From the NCBI GenBank assembly GCA_019638075.1, contig JAHBUM010000002.1:1-44456 (forward strand): a DNA stretch of 44,456 bases. The letters run 5' to 3'. The DNA comes from Flavobacteriales bacterium. GTDB lineage: Bacteria > Bacteroidota > Bacteroidia > Flavobacteriales_F > PHOS-HE28. The number at the start of each line of letters is the position of its first letter. The first letter of the stretch is position 1. A program made the position numbers and the translations under genes. Below, piece by piece: positions 41,660-44,456 of the stretch. The notes under the pieces were generated by a model. That model saw nothing but the letters and a program-made list of their open reading frames with translations, had not been told where the DNA came from and made no database searches.

Positions 41660-42427
41660 TCAAGCGCCCTCGCAAGCCAGCGTAAGCGCGATGAAATCCT
41701 GCACGGACAACTGTTCCGCGCGCTTTCCTGCGAATTCCGAAGGCACGCCCGATGGCAGCTCCGCAAAGCCCTTCAGCGCATTGCTCAGCGTCTTGCGCCG
41801 CTGGTTGAAGGCCGTCTTCACCACCTTCTTGAAGAGATCCTCGTCGCACGGCATGGCCGTTACGGCATTGCGCTTCATCCGCATCACGGCGCTGCGCACC
41901 TCGGGTGGCGGAATGAAGGCTTCGCGTTCCACGGTGAAGAGCATCTCCATATCGTACCACACCTGCGCCAGCACGCTGGTGATGCCGTAGGTGCGGCTGC
42001 CCGGGCCGGTGCAGATGCGGTCGGCCACCTCCTTCTGGAACATGCCCACCATCTCCGGGAACCGGTCGCGGTGCTGGAGGATCTTGAAGACGATCTGCGT
42101 GCTGATGTTGTATGGAAAATTGCCGATCACCGCCATGGGGCCGCTGGTCACCGAATCGGGATCCATGCGCAGGAAATCGCTTTCGCGCACCTCCATCCCG
42201 GGGTAGGCACGTTCAAGGTACGCCACCGATTCGCGATCCACTTCGTAGCACACCAGCTTCGTGTCCGGGCGATGCACAAGGTGCTTCGTGAGCGCCCCGG
42301 TGCCCGGCCCCACTTCGATCACATGCGTGTAACCGCCGTGCCCGGTCAGGCTTTCGGCGATGCGCTGCGCGATGGCATCCTCCTTCAGGAAGTGCTGGCC
42401 GAGGTGCTTTTTCGCGCGGACGTGCAT
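41660..42427 (-). CDS. rsmA: 16S rRNA (adenine1518/1519-N6)-dimethyltransferase RsmA/KsgA
   Basis: KKHLGQHFL, VIEVGPGTGALT, NFPYNISTQI, FIPPPEV, ...QRRKTL... motifs. Confidence 0.95.
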   Translation of the reverse strand: MHVRAKKHLGQHFLKEDAIAQRIAESLTGHGGYTHVIEVGPGTGALTKHLVHRPDTKLVCYEVDRESVAYLERAYPGMEVRESDFLRMDPDSVTSGPMAVIGNFPYNISTQIVFKILQHRDRFPEMVGMFQKEVADRICTGPGSRTYGITSVLAQVWYDMEMLFTVEREAFIPPPEVRSAVMRMKRNAVTAMPCDEDLFKKVVKTAFNQRRKTLSNALKGFAELPSGVPSEFAGKRAEQLSVQDFIALTLACEGA

Positions 42428-42474
42428 GGGGTGGCGGAATGGCTTGAAGAAGGCTGGAAATGGGTGTCCGTGGG

Positions 42475-42774
42475 TCAGCCACGCATGCGCGACGGATGCT
42501 GCTTGGTGTCGAAGAAGTCGGTGACCCGGATCTCGTTCTCATGCACGTAGTAGACGATCTTGTAACGGCCAGCCTGAAGACCGCGATGCCCTTTGCCCTT
42601 CCTGGCGAGCGTACGTTCGGGAGCGCCTCGTAGCGGATGCTCCAGGAGGGTGTCCACCTTGTCGAGCAGACCGGCGATCACCTTGTCGGCCCGTTCGATG
42701 GAAGAGTCCGCTGCGATGTAGTTCCTGATCTCGGCGATCCTGTCGCGCACGGGCTTGGTGTACACCAGCCTCAT
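42475..42774 (-). CDS. Type II toxin-antitoxin system RelE/ParE family toxin
   Basis: Trimmed to MRLVYTKPVRDRIAEIRNYIAADSSIERADKVIAGLLDKVDTLLEHPLRGAP...GRYKIVYYVHENEIRVTDFFDTKQ (ParE-like pattern). ATGA overlap with the upstream small gene. Confidence 0.8.
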   Translation of the reverse strand: MRLVYTKPVRDRIAEIRNYIAADSSIERADKVIAGLLDKVDTLLEHPLRGAPERTLARKGKGHRGLQAGRYKIVYYVHENEIRVTDFFDTKQHPSRMRG

Positions 42775-43001
42775 GCCTTGGGCCGTTGCTCCTTGAGCCA
42801 CTGTTCCACCTCGGCGCGGGTATACACCTCACCGCGCGCGATGGCGTCTTCGCTCAGGTCCACCATGCGTTCCATTTCGGCGGCCATGTCGTCCTGCTCC
42901 ACTTGGCGGAGCGCGAGCGTTCGCAGTGCATCCAGTACGCTCAGGTCGCGGATGCGGTCGATCAGGTCCTTCAGTTCCGAGCGCACTTCCAAGGCTGTCA
43001 T
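42771..43001 (-). CDS. Putative cognate antitoxin (76 aa, helical)
   Basis: MTALEVRSELKDLIDRIRDLSVLDALRTLALRQ... It lies immediately upstream of and is translationally coupled to the ParE-like toxin. Assignment is by position and size only. Confidence 0.6.
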   Translation of the reverse strand: MTALEVRSELKDLIDRIRDLSVLDALRTLALRQVEQDDMAAEMERMVDLSEDAIARGEVYTRAEVEQWLKEQRPKA

Positions 43002-43018
43002 GGTCGGTCGGCTTTCGT

Positions 43019-43026
43019 CAAAGGTA
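43019..43026 (-). promoter_or_regulatory. -7 promoter box TACCTTTG for the TA operon
   Basis: Perfect TAnnTTTG on the minus strand, 17 nt upstream of ATG 43001. Confidence 0.5.
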
Positions 43027-43142
43027 AGGCGGTGGAAGGCTCCTGTGCAGCGCACGATATCCTGAAGTAGCGCGCCATGCGCTCCACAAGGGCGGGTGCT
43101 GGACCGGTGGGGTTCGAGACGTTCCTGCACTTCCGCCGCCCC

Positions 43143-43514
43143 TCACTTCATCCCCCGCGCCAGCAGCTCCATCAACTGCTTGGTAAGTCCCTCCCAGCGC
43201 TCCTCGCTGCGCTGGAACATCCGCTCGATCACCTCCATCGGCACCGTATACTGATGCTCCACGTAGCCGTTCGTGGCGTGGTCGTTCATGGTGAAGCTCA
43301 CCGGCCCGCGCAGGCTGTAGAAATACTCCAAGCCCACCTTGTACAGTTCGGTGGCCTTCAGCACCACTTCGGAAGGCACCTGATGTACCTCGCGCTCATA
43401 GTCGCTGTACGTGCTGGGCTTCACGCCAAGCTCGATGGCCACATGCTCCTGTGTGTACCGCCGGTCTTCGCGTAGCTGCTTCAGCTTCCCGCCGATCTTG
43501 AAGACGTCCTCCAT
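43143..43514 (-). CDS. XRE family helix-turn-helix transcriptional regulator
   Basis: Trimmed to MEDVFKIGGKLKQLREDRRYTQEHVAIELGVKPSTYSDYEREVHQVPSEVVLKATELY (HTH_3 pattern), followed by a ~60-aa C-terminal domain. Confidence 0.8.
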   Translation of the reverse strand: MEDVFKIGGKLKQLREDRRYTQEHVAIELGVKPSTYSDYEREVHQVPSEVVLKATELYKVGLEYFYSLRGPVSFTMNDHATNGYVEHQYTVPMEVIERMFQRSEERWEGLTKQLMELLARGMK

Positions 43515-43532
43515 GTGCTGTGGTTTACGCAG

Positions 43533-43566
43533 CGAAGCTATCCGGAATATCCGGAAAAGTTCCGGG
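43533..43566 (-). promoter_or_regulatory. -7-like box TAGCTTCG plus three TCCGGA/TTCCGG half-sites (candidate XRE operator)
   Basis: On the plus strand: cgaagcta (43533-43540), TCCGGA (43541-43546), TCCGGA (43550-43555), and CCGGAAaagTTCCGG (43551-43565), a perfect 6-bp inverted repeat. The box ends 18 nt upstream of ATG 43514. Confidence 0.45.
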
Positions 43567-43642
43567 ATCTGCGGAACGGACGTGTGTGGGGCGGCTTGCA
43601 CCTTGCGCGGCCGGAACGTTTTCGGCCATCTGCTCCACTACC

Positions 43643-44456
43643 ATGCGCTCTTTTGCCTCTTATGCCTGCCTTTTCCTGACCGCCCCGGTACTGAATGCCC
43701 AAACCCCGTTCTGCCCGGAGGAGACTTTCGTGCCATGGGAGGGTATGCCGATCCACTGTAATGATCTGGTCGAATATGAGGGCAGCATTTATGGATTGGA
43801 CGCATACTTCACCCGAACCCTGTGGCGGTATGATCCAGCTACAGGGCAGACCACGGCGTTGAGTGGTCCTCCGGTGGCTCTTTGGGGTATATCCTTGGCG
43901 CAGGCGGGTGGGAGGTTGTACACGTTCGGTGGGTATCCCGGCCCAGGCATTGGCAACGGCCTGTCAGCACAAGCGCATGTCTACGACATTGCCACAGACA
44001 GTTGGTCGTCCTTGCCGAACCTGCCTTTCGGGTTGGTTACAACTTCGTCGGCTGTCGTAGGCGATGATATTTTCATCACCGGAAGTACGCATGGTGTCAC
44101 CGTGCGGTACTTTTTCCGCTACAGCATCGCATCGAACAGCTACACGGTATTGACCCCTCCTGATAGTGAAGCGTCCTGTAGGCTTATCGCATTCAATGGA
44201 ATGGTCTATTCAGTCGGGGGGGATCGCTACGCTCCGCCCTACGTTACCATGGACCACTTCCGCGTATATGATCCCTCCAGCGCCACATGGCAGGACCTGC
44301 CGAACATGCCGTTCGAACGCTCTGAAGTGGCGGCCTGTGTCTGGGGTGGCTATCTCCATGTTTTCGGAGGAGGGATGAAGTCCGGTGTGGGGGAGGCGTC
44401 TTTGTCCCATTATTACGAACACTTTGCCTACGACTTCGCTGCCGGGCAATGGCAGG
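43643..44456 (+). CDS. Secreted Kelch-repeat protein (C-terminus outside the window)
   Basis: Absent from the track (no stop in the window). Manual translation from ATG 43643: MRSFASYACLFLTAPVLNAQTPFCPEE...GRLYTFGGYPGPG...HVYDIATDSWSSLPNLPF...GMVYSVGGDRY...FRVYDPSSATWQDLPNMPFERS...GYLHVFGGG... This is the Kelch pattern (GG ... Y d ... W ... lp mp). Lower GC than the window average. Confidence 0.75.
   Translation, partial: MRSFASYACLFLTAPVLNAQTPFCPEETFVPWEGMPIHCNDLVEYEGSIYGLDAYFTRTLWRYDPATGQTTALSGPPVALWGISLAQAGGRLYTFGGYPGPGIGNGLSAQAHVYDIATDSWSSLPNLPFGLVTTSSAVVGDDIFITGSTHGVTVRYFFRYSIASNSYTVLTPPDSEASCRLIAFNGMVYSVGGDRYAPPYVTMDHFRVYDPSSATWQDLPNMPFERSEVAACVWGGYLHVFGGGMKSGVGEASLSHYYEHFAYDFAAGQWQ

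Overview
This is a 44.5-kb, high-GC chromosomal segment that reads as Bacteroidota. The signs are a T9SS type-B (CHU_C) sorting-domain protein, a coaX / outer-membrane protein / lptC / GldE-like / PpiD-like neighbourhood, TAnnTTTG-type -7 promoter boxes 6-30 nt upstream of start codons, no Shine-Dalgarno sequences, and many ATGA/TGATG translational couplings. I can support about 45 protein genes, one tRNA-Phe(GAA), one fluoride riboswitch, several intrinsic terminators and several promoter boxes. The ORF track writes GTG/TTG starts as M, so many tracked ORFs carry spurious N-terminal extensions; I trimmed starts where a signal peptide, a family N-terminus or a gene overlap made that clear. Two real genes run off the window edges and are missing from the track: DUF1697 at the left and a Kelch-repeat protein at the right. 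I found both by manual translation. Most long ORFs antisense to real genes are Arg/His/Ala/Gly-rich high-GC artefacts. Gene content is mostly housekeeping (gpmI, fbp, coaX, lptC, rsmA, mgtE, aspartate kinase, M20 dipeptidase), plus a MarR-TolC-MFP-RND efflux operon. Five things are worth a second look. (1) A self-contained fluoride cassette (promoter, fluoride riboswitch, crcB, translationally coupled ppa) sits between the adaptor and pump genes of the RND operon and is bracketed by GATCAGA-type repeats. Its riboswitch appears to work by start-codon sequestration. (2) At least 11 loci carry hairpin elements whose arms are tandem 7-8 nt words. The architecture is conserved but the word changes from locus to locus. 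One copy is a 96-nt in-frame insertion in a GNAT gene, and others supply the C-terminal tails and stop codons of three genes. (3) A translationally coupled operon encodes a DUF255 thioredoxin-domain protein, a YD-repeat protein and a secreted protein built of six exact 22-residue repeats. (4) Two lower-GC accessory patches are present: a ParE-type TA pair with an XRE regulator and a Kelch protein, and a divergent pair of an uncharacterised protein and a Cys-rich mini-protein. (5) Smaller oddities include an ALDH-like protein without a catalytic domain, a membrane-anchored HPt protein, and a sensor kinase coupled to gpmI. I saw no CRISPR array, transposase, integrase or recognisable defence-system genes.
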